DNA from: Scenedesmus sp. PABB004
Taxonomy: Eukaryota
Reading direction: 5' to 3'
DNA length: 64,000 nt
Assembly (NCBI GenBank): GCA_014905635.1
Contig: CM026547.1
Span: 3,906,001-3,970,000 of the forward strand
A model generated the notes under the pieces. That model worked only from the letters and a program-made list of their open reading frames with translations. It had not been told where the DNA came from and ran no database searches. The translations under genes were made by a program, and so were the position numbers. Shown piece by piece: positions 1-19,232 of this stretch; position 1 is the stretch's first letter, and every line of letters starts with the position of its first letter.

Positions 1-1
1 C

Positions 2-1553
2 TCAGCTGCTGCCGTTCGCCGCGGCGGTCTGCGTCGCCTCGTAAACAGCAGCGAAATCGGCGTCGGCAAAGCCCTTGGCCTTGGCCGCCTTGAACGCCTC
101 GTTCGCGGCCGCCGCCACGGGCAGCGCCTGGTGCAGCGAGTCGCTGCGGCGGCGGCGGCGCGGGCCGCCGGTCAGCGGCCGCCGCCGGCGCGCCGCGCGC
201 GCGGCCCGTGCCCGGCGCGGCCGCGCGGCCGCGCGGCCCGCACCCGAGCGCGAGCGCGAGGCGCAGGTCCTTCTGCTGGTGCTTGAGCGGGAAGGCGGTC
301 GGGTACTGCCGCGCCGAGATGCCGGGGCCCTTGAGCGCAAACATGGGGTTGGCCATCGCGCCGAGGCCGAGCACCTCGATCAGGTCCGCCTGCGCCAGCC
401 CCGCCTTGTCCGCGAGCGCAAGGCCCTCGCAGAACGCGCCTGCGCATTGGACAGCGCGGCGGCGTGAGCGTGCCCACGCCCGCGCCAGTGCCCGCGCGCC
501 CGCGCCGCCACCCCGGCTGGCGCGCTGCTGCCGGCTGGGTTCAGGGGTTTGAGGTGCACGCCGCCGCCGCCGGCGCCGCACCCATCATGCTGCCCATGAC
601 CATGTTGACCACCAACTTCATGCGCGCGCCAGCGCCCACGGGGCCCAGGAAGAGGCTGCGCTTGCCCATCGCGCCAAACGCGTCCCCGCACTCGGCGAAC
701 AGCGCGGCGTCGCCGGCGGCGAGGATGATGAGCTGACCCGCGACCGCGGGCTGCTTGCTGCCGGACACGGGCGCCTGGCGGGGCGCGGAAACGCGGGCGT
801 GAGCGGGGGCCCTCACCCCGCCGCCTCGGCCGTGGCCCTGCCGCCGCGGGGCCCCCCGCCGGGGGCGGCGCACCTCGAGGAAGCGTCCGCCCTTGGCGGC
901 CACCGCCTCGGCGATCTGCTGCGACGTCTCCTCGTCCACGGTGCTCATGTCGACGTAGCCCTTGCCCGGCGCGAGGCCCTCGACCACGCCGCCGGGGCCG
1001 AGCGCCGCCTGGCGGCGGCGCGCGCCGTGTCAGCCGCCGTGTCAGCCGCCAGGCTGTGCGCGCCCACCCGCCGCGCGAGCCGCCGGCGGGTAAGCGGTTA
1101 GCCCGCACCCCCGCCGGCGCCTCGCTCGCACCTGCAGCGCCGCCGCCGGGTCTGCCATGCACGCAAAGGTGATGTCGCACTGCGCCACCACCTCGGCGGG
1201 GCTGCCCGCCGCGACCGCGCCCTCGGCGACGAGCTCCGCGCACTGCCAGCGGCGGCGGCGCGCGCGGCCCGCCGTCGTGAGCGCGGCGACGCGCGGGCCA
1301 ATTGGCGGCGCGCCGCGCCGCCCATCTCCCAGACCGCTAGCGAGCTCGTGGGCAGCCGCGCAGCCGGCCTCAGCTGCCGCAGCCGCGCGGGGGGCGGCAG
1401 GCAGCGCCACGCCGCACGCACCTTGGCGGAAGACCTGTTCCAAACAACCACCTTGGCGAACCGCCCGCTCTTGAGCAGGTTGCGCGCCATCGCGGTCCCC
1501 ATGATGCCCAGGCCCAGGTAGCCCACCACCAGCGGCGCGCCGTCGGAGGTCAT
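2..1553 (-). CDS. GLYR: Glyoxylate/succinic semialdehyde reductase (beta-hydroxyacid dehydrogenase family), multi-exon
   Basis: Exons give VGYLGLGIMGTAMARNLLK..VVVWNRS, YVDMSTVD, EAPVSGSKQPA, GAGARMKLVVNMVMGSMM, AFPLKHQQKDLRLAL and ADADFAAVYEA; GT-AG introns. Confidence 0.9.
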
Positions 1554-1883
1554 GGCTGCCAGCGGCGAGGAGGGTCGGCTGCGGCGGCGCGTCGTGGAGA
1601 GGAAGACGGGCGCGGGGAGCACGCACGAGTGGCTGCGGGGGCGCGGCGTCGAGCTACAACGGCGGCGGTGCCGGGCGGCGCAAGGTTTGTGACAAGTCTT
1701 CAAGGCGCGCCCCGCGCTGGCCGGAGCACGCACGCGCACTGCCCACACTGCTCCGCGCATCGATCAGCGACCGCAGCAGCAGTCGCGCAGCAGCAGCAGC
1801 AGTCGGCGTCTCGCGGAGCGGCCGCAGCGCGCGCCCGATGGGCGGCTGCTCTCCGGCGCATACCTAGGGCATGCAGCTCTCCA

Positions 1884-7478
<5,595 letters not shown>

Positions 7479-8245
7479 CGCGGCGGACGCGGGGGTAAAG
7501 GAGACTGCCGCCGCTGCCCCGACGGAAGCGCCCTGCGTTACGCAGCACCAACGAGAGGCCACAAGAGATGGGAGAGGTGGAGGGGCGCGCAGCGCGCGTG
7601 GTGATCAAAATGTGCAGTGGCGGTGAGTGCGGTCCTCAGGCAGTCCAACGGCGGCCCCCCACACCACGTGTACACACCACCAAAACGCAGTCGTCGCAGT
7701 TCGTGCCGCACGCACGCAAAACCTGTGTCCCTGAACGGGCAAATATCCGTATCGGATGCCCCCTGCCCACCCGCGCGCGGCGCGCAGCAGCCGCTGCGCG
7801 CGCCGCTGTTCTGGGGCCGTCGGGCCACGTCCGCGGCGCGCCGCCGCCGCAGCAGCGGCAGCAGCGGCAGCAGCGCCGCGGCAAGCAAGCAGATGTGTTT
7901 GGGTTGTCGCCCTCGCCGCCGTCGCCGACAGGTCAGTGCCGGGCCGCTGCCCCCACCGCAGATGCTGAGGCCGCGGTTCAGCCGAGGCTCAGCGGCCAGC
8001 GCGCGCCCGCGCCGCCGCTGCTCATCGCACCCCGCCGCCCGCGCGCGCGCCGCCGCGCAGCGTCGCAGCTGCGCGGGCCGTGGCGCGCGCGCGGGCGCGG
8101 CGCGCCCCGCTCGTGTCCCCCGCCGTGCACGCAGTGTCTGTGGGGCACGGCCGCGCCTCCCGACGCGCGGCCGTGCGTCGCGACTCGCGGCCGCCCCGCG
8201 CGGCGCGGGGCGGCCGCAACAAGCTCCCGCGCCCGCCGCGCGGGC

Positions 8246-9695
8246 TCACGCGCGCTGCTGCCGCCGCTCGCCGCCGGCCATGTGCACGCACGCGAGCGCG
8301 CGGCGCCACCACACGCTGTGCGGCTGCTGCGCCGGCAGCGCCGGCGGCGCCGCGCGGCGGCGCGGCGCCGCGCCGGGCGCGGCGGCGGTGTAGAAGGCGG
8401 CGTGCGCGCGGCTGTGCCGCTCCGCCGCGTCGGCCGCGCTCGCAGCGGCGCGCGGCGCGGGCGGCGGGCCAAAGCCCGCCTCGGCGTGCACGTGCGCGAC
8501 GTGCCGCTCGCACGCGCCGCTCCCCGAGCGCGGCGACTCGGGGCCCTCGGGCCGCACGCCGAGGTCGTGGTCGGAGTGCGGCGACGCGTCGACCTCGTGC
8601 GCCGGCGCCTGCTGCTGCTGCTGCTGCTGCCCCTGCTGCTGCGCCGCGGCCGCGGCCGCCGCGGCGCGCTGCCGGCTCGCGCGCCGGTCGGCGTCCTTGA
8701 GCACGCGCTTGGCCGCGGTGATGCTCGCGCAGTACGCGGCCGCGTCGAAGGCCTTCAGGCCCTTCAGCGACATCTCCTCGCCTGCGCGGCGGCGCGCGGC
8801 GCGACGGCGCGTGAGCGGCGCGCGAGCGGCCGCGCCGCCGCTGCCGCCGCTGCTGCTGCTGCTGCTGCGCGCGCCGCAGCGCCGCGCCCGGCCGTGCGGC
8901 CGCGGGGCGGCGCGGCGCGCGGGGGGCCCGCTCTCCCGCACACCCCCTGCCCCCCTCTCCCGGACTGCGCCCCGCCCTGCGCCCGTGCGCACCGGTGTCG
9001 GGCGAGCGGCATAGGAACGTGACCTGGCTCGCCGACGCGACCTTGATGCCGATCGCCTGCAGCGTCTGCAGGAAGTGCTCCAGGCCGTCGGGGCCGGGCG
9101 TGTAGGTGATGCGGTACGTGACGCCGCGGTAGCGCACGCTCATCACGCTCGCCGCGGGCTTGAGCTGCTGCGGCGTGAGCGCGGGCCGCCAGTCCGGCAG
9201 CACCGCGTGGCAGAACCGGCAGCGCGTCTCCTCACTGCACGGGGGCGGCCGGGATCGGGCCGGGGGCGGGCGGGCGCCGTCAGGCGGGCGCCCGCGGGGG
9301 CGGGCGATACAATCTTGCCGCCCGCATGCGGACCGGCCCGCCCGCCCCACGCGCTGCAGCCGCCGCGGGCCCCCCGCCGCCGCCCGGGCGCCACGCCCGG
9401 GCCGTACGGCGTCCCGGGGAGCCGCGACGGGCGGCACGGGCGGCCGCGCGCGCCCGGGCGGGCTGGCGCGGCCGGCCGGCGCGGCGAGGCGCGCGGGCGG
9501 CGCCACGCACTCCTTGCCGGCGCAGTTGAGCTGCCACTTGGCCAGGCAGGCGGCGTGGACCTTGCGCGGACAGCTGCAGGGGTGCACCAGGGCCTCCGCC
9601 GGCCGCGGGCCGTCCAGGCAGATGAAGCAGACGTCCTCCTCCTCGCACTCGCTGCTCGCGCGGCTGCTGCTGCCGCCCTCGGGCGCGCAGGCCAT
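8246..9695 (-). CDS. RING-variant (C4HC3-like) zinc-finger protein, putative E3 ligase, 3 exons
   Basis: CFICLDG..LVHPCSCPRKVHAACLAKWQL|..CRFC, followed by VMSVRYRGVTY..VTFLC|..LKGLKAFDAAAYCA. Confidence 0.8.
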
Positions 9696-10229
9696 GCTGG
9701 GCGGGCGGGCGGGCCTCGCGAAGGTGGTGTGCTGGCGGGGCCGCTCTGCCGTGTCGGGGGCGGGGTCTCGTGGGCTGGGCTGGGTCGTGTGGGCTCGGGG
9801 TGCCGGAAACTGGGCGGCGCGGGCGCGGGGGGCGGCGCTAGGGGGGCGAGCGGTCGCGGCGCAGCGAGCCCCAACCCGTCAGGCCCTGCGCCCTCGTCCG
9901 CTGCCCCAGCCCGTCGCGGCCTGTCCCGGCGTGTTGATCGTCGGCACCCTCGCGCTCAGGCGCCGCCGCGAGGCCGCCCGGCACGGCAGGGCGGCAGCGG
10001 CAGCAGCCGCAGCAGGCGCGGCAGCAGGCCGCCCGCCGCGCCCGCCGGCCCCGGTGCGCCGTCCAGCGCGTGAGGGGGGCGGGCGGCAGACCTCCGGCGC
10101 GCGCGCATGCGCCGGCGGCGCGCCGGCGGGCGGCGGCGGCAGCGCGCGCTGCTGAGCTCGGCGTCGGCGGGCGCGGTCGCCGCGTCGTGAGCACGCCGGT
10201 CGCCGTCGGGGGCGCGCGCCCGCCAGCGC

Positions 10230-11190
10230 ATGGCCCGCATCATGGGCTCGACCTGGCTCGTCGCGGCGGCGGGCTGGACCTTCGCGTGGTGCGGCGCGCC
10301 CGCCGGCCGCGCAGCGGTGGTCGCGGCTGGTCACGGCTGCCCGCGCCGCCCGCGCCCGCCACTGAGTCTCCCACCCCTCCCCGCGCGCGCACCGCCAAAG
10401 GTTCCACGCCAAGACGCAGGAGGAGCGCAAGGCGCGGCTCGAGCGCGTGAACGAGCAGCTGCGCGACTTCTACGGCCCGCTGCTCTCGACGGTCACGGCC
10501 ACGCGCAGCGCGTACGACGCCATGGTGCGCCAGCACACCGCGCACGGCCGCGCCGATGACTTCCAGCGCGCCTGCATCGCCGACCCGCGCGGCGCCGAGG
10601 CCACGGCGTACCGGTGCGCGGCCGCGCGCGCGCGGCGGCGCCGGCGCGGCGCGCCGCGCCCCCCAGCAGCACACGGCGCGCGTCCGGCCGCGCCGCGCAG
10701 GCTGTGGGTGGAGAAGGTGCTGCAGCCGCTGAACGAGCGCGGCGCGTCGATCATCGTGGAGCACATCGACCTGCTCGACGCGCGGCACGTCGTGCCGGAG
10801 CTGCTCCAGCTCGTCGCGCACGTCGCGTCGATGCGCGTGTGCCTCGACACGTGGCGCCGCGGCGAGCTCGACTGCTGGTCTGCCATCAGCTACCCCGACA
10901 CGCTGGGCGAGTACGTCGTGCGCGAGGTGCGGCGGCGCGGGGGCCGGCGGCCGCGGCGGCCGCGGCGGCGCTGCGCCGCGACAGGCAGGGGGCGCGCGGC
11001 GGCCGCGCCGGCCAGCCTGCCGCGCTGCTGGCGGCGGGCGGGCGCGCGGGCGAGCGCGCGCAAGCCCTGGCGCCTGCCCACGCGTGCCGGCGCGCGGCGG
11101 CCGCAGTTTGCGCGCATCAAGCTCCAGCAGAGCCGCCTGCTCGGCATCACGCCGCGCCCGCCGCCCAAGCGCATCGCGTCAAAGCTGTGA
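10230..11190 (+). CDS. Uncharacterised protein with N-terminal hydrophobic segment and C-terminal SKL (PTS1), 4 exons
   Basis: Spliced ORF MARIMGSTWLVAAAGWTFAW|..ERVNEQLRDFYGPLL..YR|LWVEKVLQPLNE..LLQLVAHV..|FARIKLQQSRLLG..IASKL*; start codon uncertain. Confidence 0.7.
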
Positions 11191-11383
11191 CGCCGCGGCG
11201 GGGGCACTGGCGCGGGCGTCGGCGCGGCCCATTCTTTTGGCCCTGAAAGGCCGGCGAGAGAGCGCTCGGCTGTTGTTACACACAGCGCCGCGGTAACGCA
11301 GGCCGCGCCGCGCGCCACTCGCTGCACAGCCCGCCGCCGTCGCCGCCGCCGCGCGGCAGCAGCCTCGCCGCGCCGCGCGCCAG

Positions 11384-14172
11384 TCAGAACTCGGACTGGA
11401 TCTGCGGGCGGCAGCGCGCGCGCGCGCGCGCGGCGTGCTCAGCGGCGCGGCCGCCCGCCCCCCGCTGCGGCCCCCGCGGCCTGCGCGGCGCGGCGCAGCG
11501 CAGCGCGGCGGTGCGGCGCGCTCACGTAGTCTGCGCGCTCGCAGGCCTCGTACTCCTTGGAGAGGCTGGAGACCACGTCCTTGGCGTCCAGGAACTCCTC
11601 GAGGTCAAGCCCGCCGCTGCCGTCGCTGAAGTGCGGGAACTGGGCGTACGGGTCCAGGAACGCCCTGCGCACGCAGGACAGGACAGACGCGCGGGCGCGG
11701 CGCGGGCCCGGGTCCGGGCGCAGACGCAGGCGGCCGGCGGCCCGCGCGGCGGCGGCGCGGTGCGCGGCCCCGCGGCCCGGCGGGCGTCGGCGCGGGGGCG
11801 CGGGTGCGCGTCTGCGCACCGCCTGCTGTTGTTTGGCCCCATGAGCTTGTCGTAGTCTCGCATGATCTTGTTGAAGAGGTGCCGGATGCTCGTGTTGTTG
11901 GCCAGCATCAGCCCGCTCACGCGGTGCGCGCTCTGCACGTACGGCGACTTCTTGCTCAGCGCGACCTGGCCGGCGCGGGAGGCGGGGCGCGCCCCCGGGA
12001 GGACGGGCGGCAAGGGTGGGCGCGGCGGCGGGATCGGGCGCAGCGGGACGCGCGCGGCGCGGCGCGGCGCGGCGCTCGGCGGCGCGGCGCGGCGGCGCGC
12101 GGCGGCGCGCGCCTGGATGCTGGCGGGCCCCCACTCGATGAAGTTTGCGGTCTTGCGCTCGCGGATGCGCGTGAGGGCCTTGTGCACCTGGCTGGGGTCG
12201 ACCTCGCCCTGGATGATGTTCAGGATGCTGATGTAACGCGACGACGAAAGGTCCTTGGCCCGCGCGTGCGGCGACACCTGCGGCGCGACACCACGCAGCG
12301 CAGCGCGGGCGGCGGCGGCGGGGCGGCGCGCGGCGTCAACGCGCGCCCAGCCCGGCCCCCCGAGCAGCGCGGCCCCCCGCCCGGGCCAGCCCCGCCCGCG
12401 GGGCCAGCGGGCAGCGGGCGCGCGGCGGCGCGCGCCATGAGGTTCTTGGGCTGCAGCAGGCGGCGCATGACGTCGAGCACGGTCGTCTTGCGCACGCTGC
12501 TGTTGACCGCGAGCCCCGCCTCGTTCTCGACCGTGAGCGGCGTGTAGCCGGTCTGCAGGAAGTGGCAGCGCGGCGTGGGGATGAGGCTCGCGATGAGGCC
12601 GACCAGGTCGTTGTTCATGTAGCCTGCGGGGTTGAGCGGATGGGCGGGGCGGGGTGGGTCAGCGGGGGCGTTTCAGCGGGACGGGTCAGCGGGGCGGGCG
12701 AGGCCGGGCGGGGCGCGGCGCCGCACGGCGTGCGGCGCGCGGCGCGCACCGGGGTAGCGCAGCGTCGTCGTGGACGCGGCCATGACGGTCGAGACGAGGC
12801 TGTTGATCTGCGCAAACGTGGGGTTTTCGACGTGCAGCCGCTCCACGGCAATGCGGTCGAGCGCGGTGTTGTCGAGCACGACAACCGCGTCGGCGTTCTG
12901 CGTGAGCCGCTTGAGCGTGAGCAGGCTGTTGTACGGCTGCACCACGACGTCGCTCGACTCGCTCTGGTTGGGAAACACGCTGCGCGGGGGGCGCGGTCGC
13001 GCGGTCGCGCGGTCGCGGTCGCGGTCGCGGGCGCGGGCGCGGCGCGGCGCGCGCGCCTGCCGCCGCCCCTGCCGCGCGCTGTCCGCGCCAGCGGCAAGCG
13101 GGGCGCGGCGCCGCTGGTGCGTGTGCGCGTGCCTGTAGGTCTGTATAAGCTTCTTGTTCCAGCGGTCGCTGAGCAGCTCGAGCAGGTAGCTGCCCATGCC
13201 GCTGCCGGTGCCGCCCGCGATGCTGTGGCAGAGCGTGAAGCCCTCCAGGCTGTCGCAGTACTCCGCCTCGCGGTCTGCGCGGCGGCGCGCGGCGCGGCGC
13301 GGCGGCGGCGGCGCGCGGGGGTCGGCCGCGCCGCGCCGCGCCGCGCCGCGCGCGCTGCCGCCGGCCTCTGCCCGCCGCGCGGCCGGCCGGCCCTGCGTCC
13401 GCGCCCCGTGGCCGCCCGGCTCCCCCGCCCTCCCCCGCCCTGCCCCGGCGCAGCGGCGCGGCGCACCGATCATGTCGAGCAGCGTCTCCTGCACCGCCTC
13501 GCCCTGGCTGAAGCCGGAGGCCCAGTTGTTGCCCGCGCCGCCGCCCTCCTTGGAGATGAAGATGTTTTCCGGGTTGAACAGGTTGGCGATGTCGCTCGTC
13601 TGGATGCCGTTGATCACGCTGCGCGGCGGCGCCGCGGGCGCGCGTTCGCGGGCGGACCGCTGCCGCGCCGGCGGCGGCGGCGGAGGCGTTTTCGCGCGGC
13701 ACGAGGCGGGCGCGCCCGCGCGCGCACCGCGGCTCCAGGTCGAGCAGGATGGCGCGCGGCACGTAGTGCTCGTCGTCCGCCTGGTAGAAGAAGACGTCCT
13801 TGCGGTCGCCGCCCTGCGCCGCCCGGGCGCGCGGCGCACGCGCATTCGAACGCGCAAACGCCCCCGCCGCTGGCGCGCGCGCCGCTGCCGCGCCGCCGCC
13901 CGGCGCGCGCTGGCGTCGGCGCCGCTGCGGCGCCGGTCGCCTGCGGCCCACCTGGGTCGCAAAGTCCTCCAGCATGCCATCCTTGCTGATGCCGTGCTCG
14001 GAGCAGAGCTGCGCGGCCGCGCAGCGGCAGCGGCGGCGGCGGCGCTCGGCGCCTCGCCCTCGCCTCGCCCTCCGGCCGCCCCTGGCCGCCTGCCTCGCAC
14101 CTTGCGCCAGAACTCGCTGCCCACTTGGTTGCCGCACTGCCCGACCTGGATGTTTATTATTTCGCGCGGCAT
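11384..14172 (-). CDS. TUBG1: Gamma-tubulin, 11 exons
   Basis: [93 protein letters not shown] on the minus strand at 11276-11280. Confidence 0.97.
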
Positions 14173-14756
14173 CGCTGCTGCCGCGCGCTCGCGCGCCCGC
14201 GGGGGGGCCCGGCGCGCGCGCGGGAGCTAGCGCGGGCCGACGCGCTGATCCACGCGCCGCGGCGCCGTCTGCGCCAGGCGGGGCGCGGGCTTCGCGAGCT
14301 GCTCTGTCGCCCGCGACAGACGACGAGCGCGCGGGTGCGTGGGAGGGTACGCTGATCGGCGTGCGCGGGGAGCTGCGCGCGGTGCAGCGCGTGCGGGCGG
14401 GCAGCGGCGGCGGCGGGGCGGCGTTTGAAGCGCCGTCGCAGCGACGAGCGGGTTTCAGCTTCACCGGTGGGCCTGCGTTCCCGCCGCTGCATCAGCGTAC
14501 AGTTGCCGAGCCGTTGCGCCGCGAGCCCGCCCGCCGCGCACCCCGCCGCCGCGCGCTGCTGTCCTCGCCGCCCACTCACGCGCGCGCTGCCGCCCCGGAT
14601 CGCCGCCGCCGCGGCCCGTTGACGCCGGTCGCCGCATGAGGCCGGGGTCTGTCGCCTGCTAGGGCGGCGGGCAGCGAGGGCGCCGCGCGGCGCGGCCGCG
14701 CAGCAGCGCGCCGCCGTCGGCGCCGCTGCTGCGCCGCCGCGGCGGCCCGGGCCGCC

Positions 14757-16009
14757 ATGGCGGGCGGCTACGGGGACTACGTGAAGCGCCTCAAGGCGGG
14801 CCTCACCGTCGCGGCGGGCGTGGCGGCGGGCGCGGTCTCGCGCGCCGCAGAGGTGGCCAAGGACCTCGCCGAGGACCTCACGGCCTTTCGGGCCCTCAAG
14901 GACTACAAGCTCGCCGGCCACGTCGCGAGCGCGGGCCCCGGCGGCGCGTGGCGCGTCTTCGCGGCGGTCAGCAAGAAGCCGGGTGCGCGGCACGGCGCGG
15001 CGCCGCGCCGGCGGGCCGCGCACAGCAGCCGGCGCGGGCGCGGGCTGCGCGCGGCGGCCGACGGCGGCGGCCGACTGACGGCGCGGCGGCGGCGCCGCCG
15101 CTGCACAGGCGCGGTGTTCCCGGAGGCCTCGGTCTGGATCCTGGACAAGAAGGGCCTCATGGACCAGGCCAGCAGGTGCGCGCCAGCACGCGCGGCAGCG
15201 GCGGCGGCGGCGGCAGCGGCCCGGCGCCGCGGCGTGGCCGCCGCGCGGGCCGGCCGCCCACGCGCCCCGCCCCCTACGCGCCGCAGGGCCGGCCGCGCGC
15301 GGGGCTTTGACGCCTTCTTCGAGCTACAGCGCCGCAGCGCGGCGCAGATGGTCAAGGTGCGCGGCAGCGCGAGCCACGCCAGCGGCGCCGCCAGCAGCTC
15401 GGACGCGCCGCGGCGGGGGCACTGTCGCCGCCTCCCCCGCATCGCCGCCCCACCTGCTCCCGCCGCCGCCGCCGCCGCCGCGGCCGCGGCGCCGCAGCTG
15501 AAGCACCCGGGCGTGGTCAAGGTCATCGAGCCGCTCGAGGAGACGGGCGGGCAGATGGTGCTGCTGACCGAGCCGGTCTTTGGCTCGCTCGCAAACGTGC
15601 TCGGGCAGTTTGCCGACGTCCCCACCGCGCCGCCCGACCGCACCGGCGCGGCGCTGAGCCCGCTCGAGGTCAAGTACGGGCTTGCCCACCTCGCCGAGAC
15701 GCTCACGTTCCTGCACGCGGAGGCCAAGCTCGCGCACTGCAACCTCTGCCCCGCGAGCGTCGTGCTCACGCGCGACGGCGGCTGGAAGCTCAGCGGCTTT
15801 GAGTTTGTCGCGAGCACCGCCGAGTTTGGCGGCCCCGCGAGCGGCGGCCGCGGCGTGACCTACGAGTACACGAGCGCGCACCCCGCGCCCTGGGAGGAGT
15901 ACTGCGCGGTGCGGCGCGCGTGCCGCTGCGGCGCGGCCGGCGCAGCGGCGCGCGGGCGTGCCAGTCGGCGGCGGCGGCGACGCGCGCCCGCCCGCAACTG
16001 AGGGCCGCT

Positions 16010-16041
<32 letters not shown>

Positions 16042-17099
16042 GCAGCCGCCGCTGGGCTACACCGCGCCGGAGCTGGTCGGCGGCTGCCTCGCGAGCAGCG
16101 ACGTGGCGTTGAGCGGCGCGGCTGACTGCTTCAGCCTCGCCGCGCTGGCGGCGCAGCTCCTCACGGGGCGGCAGCTGCTGCCCGTGGGCAGCTCGACCGG
16201 CGAGTACCGCAGCCGCCTGGCGGGGCTGCCGTCCGCCGACCTCTCGGGCGTGCCGGGCACGCTGCAGGTGCGGCGCACGCGGCGCGCCGCGCGCCGCGCG
16301 CCGCGCGCGCGCTCGCCCCGCCTGCAACCGCGCCCGCGCGCCGCCGCCGCCGCAGCCGCTGCTGCGAGGCATGCTGTCGTCGGGCCCGGCGGCGCGGCCC
16401 AACGCCGCCGCGTTCGGGGGCAGCCAGTGGTTCACTGAGGACATGCTGCTGCGCTGCCTCAAGTTCCTCGACACCATCCTGCAGCGCGAGAGCGGGCAAA
16501 AGGCGCGGCCGCGCCACGCCGCCGCGCGGCCCCGCGCGCACTGCGCCGCGCGGCCGCGCCTCGTGCCGCCGGCTGCGCCTGCCTGGCCAGCGCCGCGGCG
16601 CCGACACGGCCGCCGCCGCTGCGCCGCCCGCGCAGGTCGCGTTCCTCAAAGACCTGGCCACGTTCTGGCACCAGTTTGACGACCGCCTGCTGCAGCACCG
16701 CGTGCTGCCGCCGATCGTGGCCGAGATGCGCAGCGACATGGTCGCGCTCGCGGCGCTGCCGGTCGTGCTGGCCATCATGGTGCGCCACGGCCCGGCGGCG
16801 GCGGCGCCGGGGGCCCGCGCGCGCCGGGGTCCCCGCCACCCGCGCCGCGCGGCGCGGCCGCGCCCGCGTCCGAGCGGCCCGCCGCCCGCCGCCCGCCGCC
16901 GCGCCTCGCAGGGCCGCATGAAGCCCGAGGGCTTTGCCGCGAGCGGCATCCTGCCGGTGCTGCGGCCGATCTTTGAGGCCGCCGACGGCGAGGTGCTGCT
17001 CGCGCTCGTGCGCCACCTCAACGTGTTCTTCGGCCTCATGCCAAGGTGCCCCGCGCCCCGCGCCCCGCGTCCCGCTCAGGGCGCCGCGGGCTCACCGCC

Positions 17100-17130
<31 letters not shown>

Positions 17131-18599
17131 AGCGACGCGCACGGCAGCGTGCTGGTGCCGCTCATGCTGCGCGCGTTTGACAGCACCAACACGCGCGCGC
17201 AGGAGGAGACGCTCAAGGCGCTCCAGGTGCGCCGCGCTGCGTGCTGCGTGCTGCGTGCCGTGCGCTGCGCTGCGCCGCGCCGGACTGTGGTGTGCGTGCG
17301 GCACGCGCGCCCGCCGCGCGGCTGTGACCACGCGAGCCACGACTGACGCCCCGGCCGCGGCCGCCGCCGACGCCGCCGGCCGGCGCGCAGCGCCTCGCGC
17401 CGGAGCTGCCGTACGCGCTGCTGCGCGAGAGCCTGATGCCGCGCGTCGTCGCGCTGTGCCTGCGCACGACGTCGCTCGTCGTGCGCACGACCTGCCTCGC
17501 GCTCATGGCCCAGGCGGCGCACCGCCTCGACAAGGAGGCGGCGGGCGCGATGCTCGACGTCGCGGGGCAGATCGTGGCAGTCGACCGCTCCGCGGGCACC
17601 GCGCTCGCGGTGCTGCGCCTCGGCGAGGCGGTCGGGCTGCACTACGGCCCCGAGCTCACCTGCGCCAAGGTGCTCCCGCTGCTCTGCCCCCTGCTCGCCA
17701 GCCCCGGCCTCAACGCGGCGCAGTTTGGCGCGTTCGTCGCCGCCGTGCGCGCGCTGCTGGACCGCGTCGCCGAGAAGACGGGCGCGGCGCTCGCGGCGGC
17801 GGCCGAGGGGGCCGGCAGCGCCGCCGCGGCGGCGGGCGGCGGCGCCGGCGCGCGCGCCGGCGGCGGGGGCGGCCTCGCAGCGGCGCCGCCCGCCCCCGCC
17901 GGCGGCAGCCCGCTGGCCGCCGCCGCGGGCGGCGCGCGCGGGCCCGCGGGCGCGGGATGGGACGCGGCGCTGCCGAGCAGCGCTGGCGGCAGCAGCCTGG
18001 CGGCCGGCGCCACGCCGTCGACGGGGGCGCCGTGGAGCAGCGCGGCCTGGAGCAGCAGCCCCGCGGCACCCGTGGGCGGCGGCAGCACGCCCAGCAGCGC
18101 AACGTGGGGCGCGGCCGCGGCGCAGCAGCAGCAGAGGGTTCACGGCGGCAGCGGCGGCGCGCTGGCGCCAGACATCTTCAGCAGCGGCGCCCCCAGTGAC
18201 CTGCTGGGAGGGCTGAGCCTCGGCAGCCCCGCGGCCGGGCCAGCGGCCGGCGGCAGTGGCGACCTCTTCGCCAGCCTCGCGGCGCCGGCGGCGCCGGCGC
18301 GGGCGCAGCCGGCGCGGTCGCCGGTGCTCGCGGCGGCGCTGAAGCCGCCGCCCTCGGCGCACACCAACGTCAACCTGCTCAGCGGCGGCGGCCGCGGCGG
18401 CGACCCTTTTGCGGGGCTGGCAGCAGGCGCTGCCGGCGGCGACCCGTTCGCCAGCCTCGCCGGCGCCGGCGCGGCGCCTCCTGCAGCAGCCCCGGGCGAC
18501 CCGTTTGCCAGCCTGGCTGGCGGCGCCGTGGCGGGCGCGCGGCGGCCGCAGCAGCAGCAGCAGCAGTGGCAGGGCGGCGGCGGCGGGTCGCTGATTTGA
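14757..18599 (+). CDS. SCYL2: SCY1-like pseudokinase (SCYL2/CVAK104 type) with HEAT repeats and a DPF-rich tail
   Basis: ASAGPGGAWRVF, LKHPGVVKVIEPLEE, LTEPVFGSLANVLG, LTFLHAEAKLAHCNLCP, GGWKLSGFEF, PLGYTAPEL; C-terminal DPF/DLF repeats. Confidence 0.85.
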
Positions 18600-19232
18600 G
18601 CCGCGCTCCCTGTTACAGATTCGCCGATCAACGCAAAGCCGGCCGGACAGCAGCGCTCACAGGCGCGCGCGCCGCCCCGACCAGCAGCCGCAACACCAAG
18701 CTCTGCCCGCGCGCGCGAGGCGCGCGACGCGGCGCAGCACGTGCTCTTCTGCAGGCGGCGCCTGCGCCGCCCGCGGCTTTCTTCGTCGCCGGTGTCCCGC
18801 ACCGGCACACACACACCGCAGCCACGCCGTGTCTTCTGTCTGTCTGCCTCGAGGCGCGCAAGCGCGCGCCCGCTCACTATTCACGCGCACACCACCGCGC
18901 GCAAAGCTCGGCCCGCGAGTGGCCTGGCAAATCGAATCGAACGAACAAAACATTCCCCTGCCGCCGGCCCAGACGCCGCAGAGCGTCGATGGCCGCCCCG
19001 TGCTGTACACACAACAGCCACACGTCCAGGCGCGCGCGCGCGTCGCCGTCAGGGGGTCACGTAAGTGGGTGATACATCGTACACGCGCGCGGCCGCGCCG
19101 CCATGCGCGCCGTCGAGCGCCATCAAGCGCGCGCGCGCGGGTCGGACGGCGGCCGCCGGCGCGCCGCAGCCGCGCCAGCACCAGCACCCCGCAACCCTGC
19201 GCGCCTGCGCGCAGGCGCCGCCAGAGAGTGGG

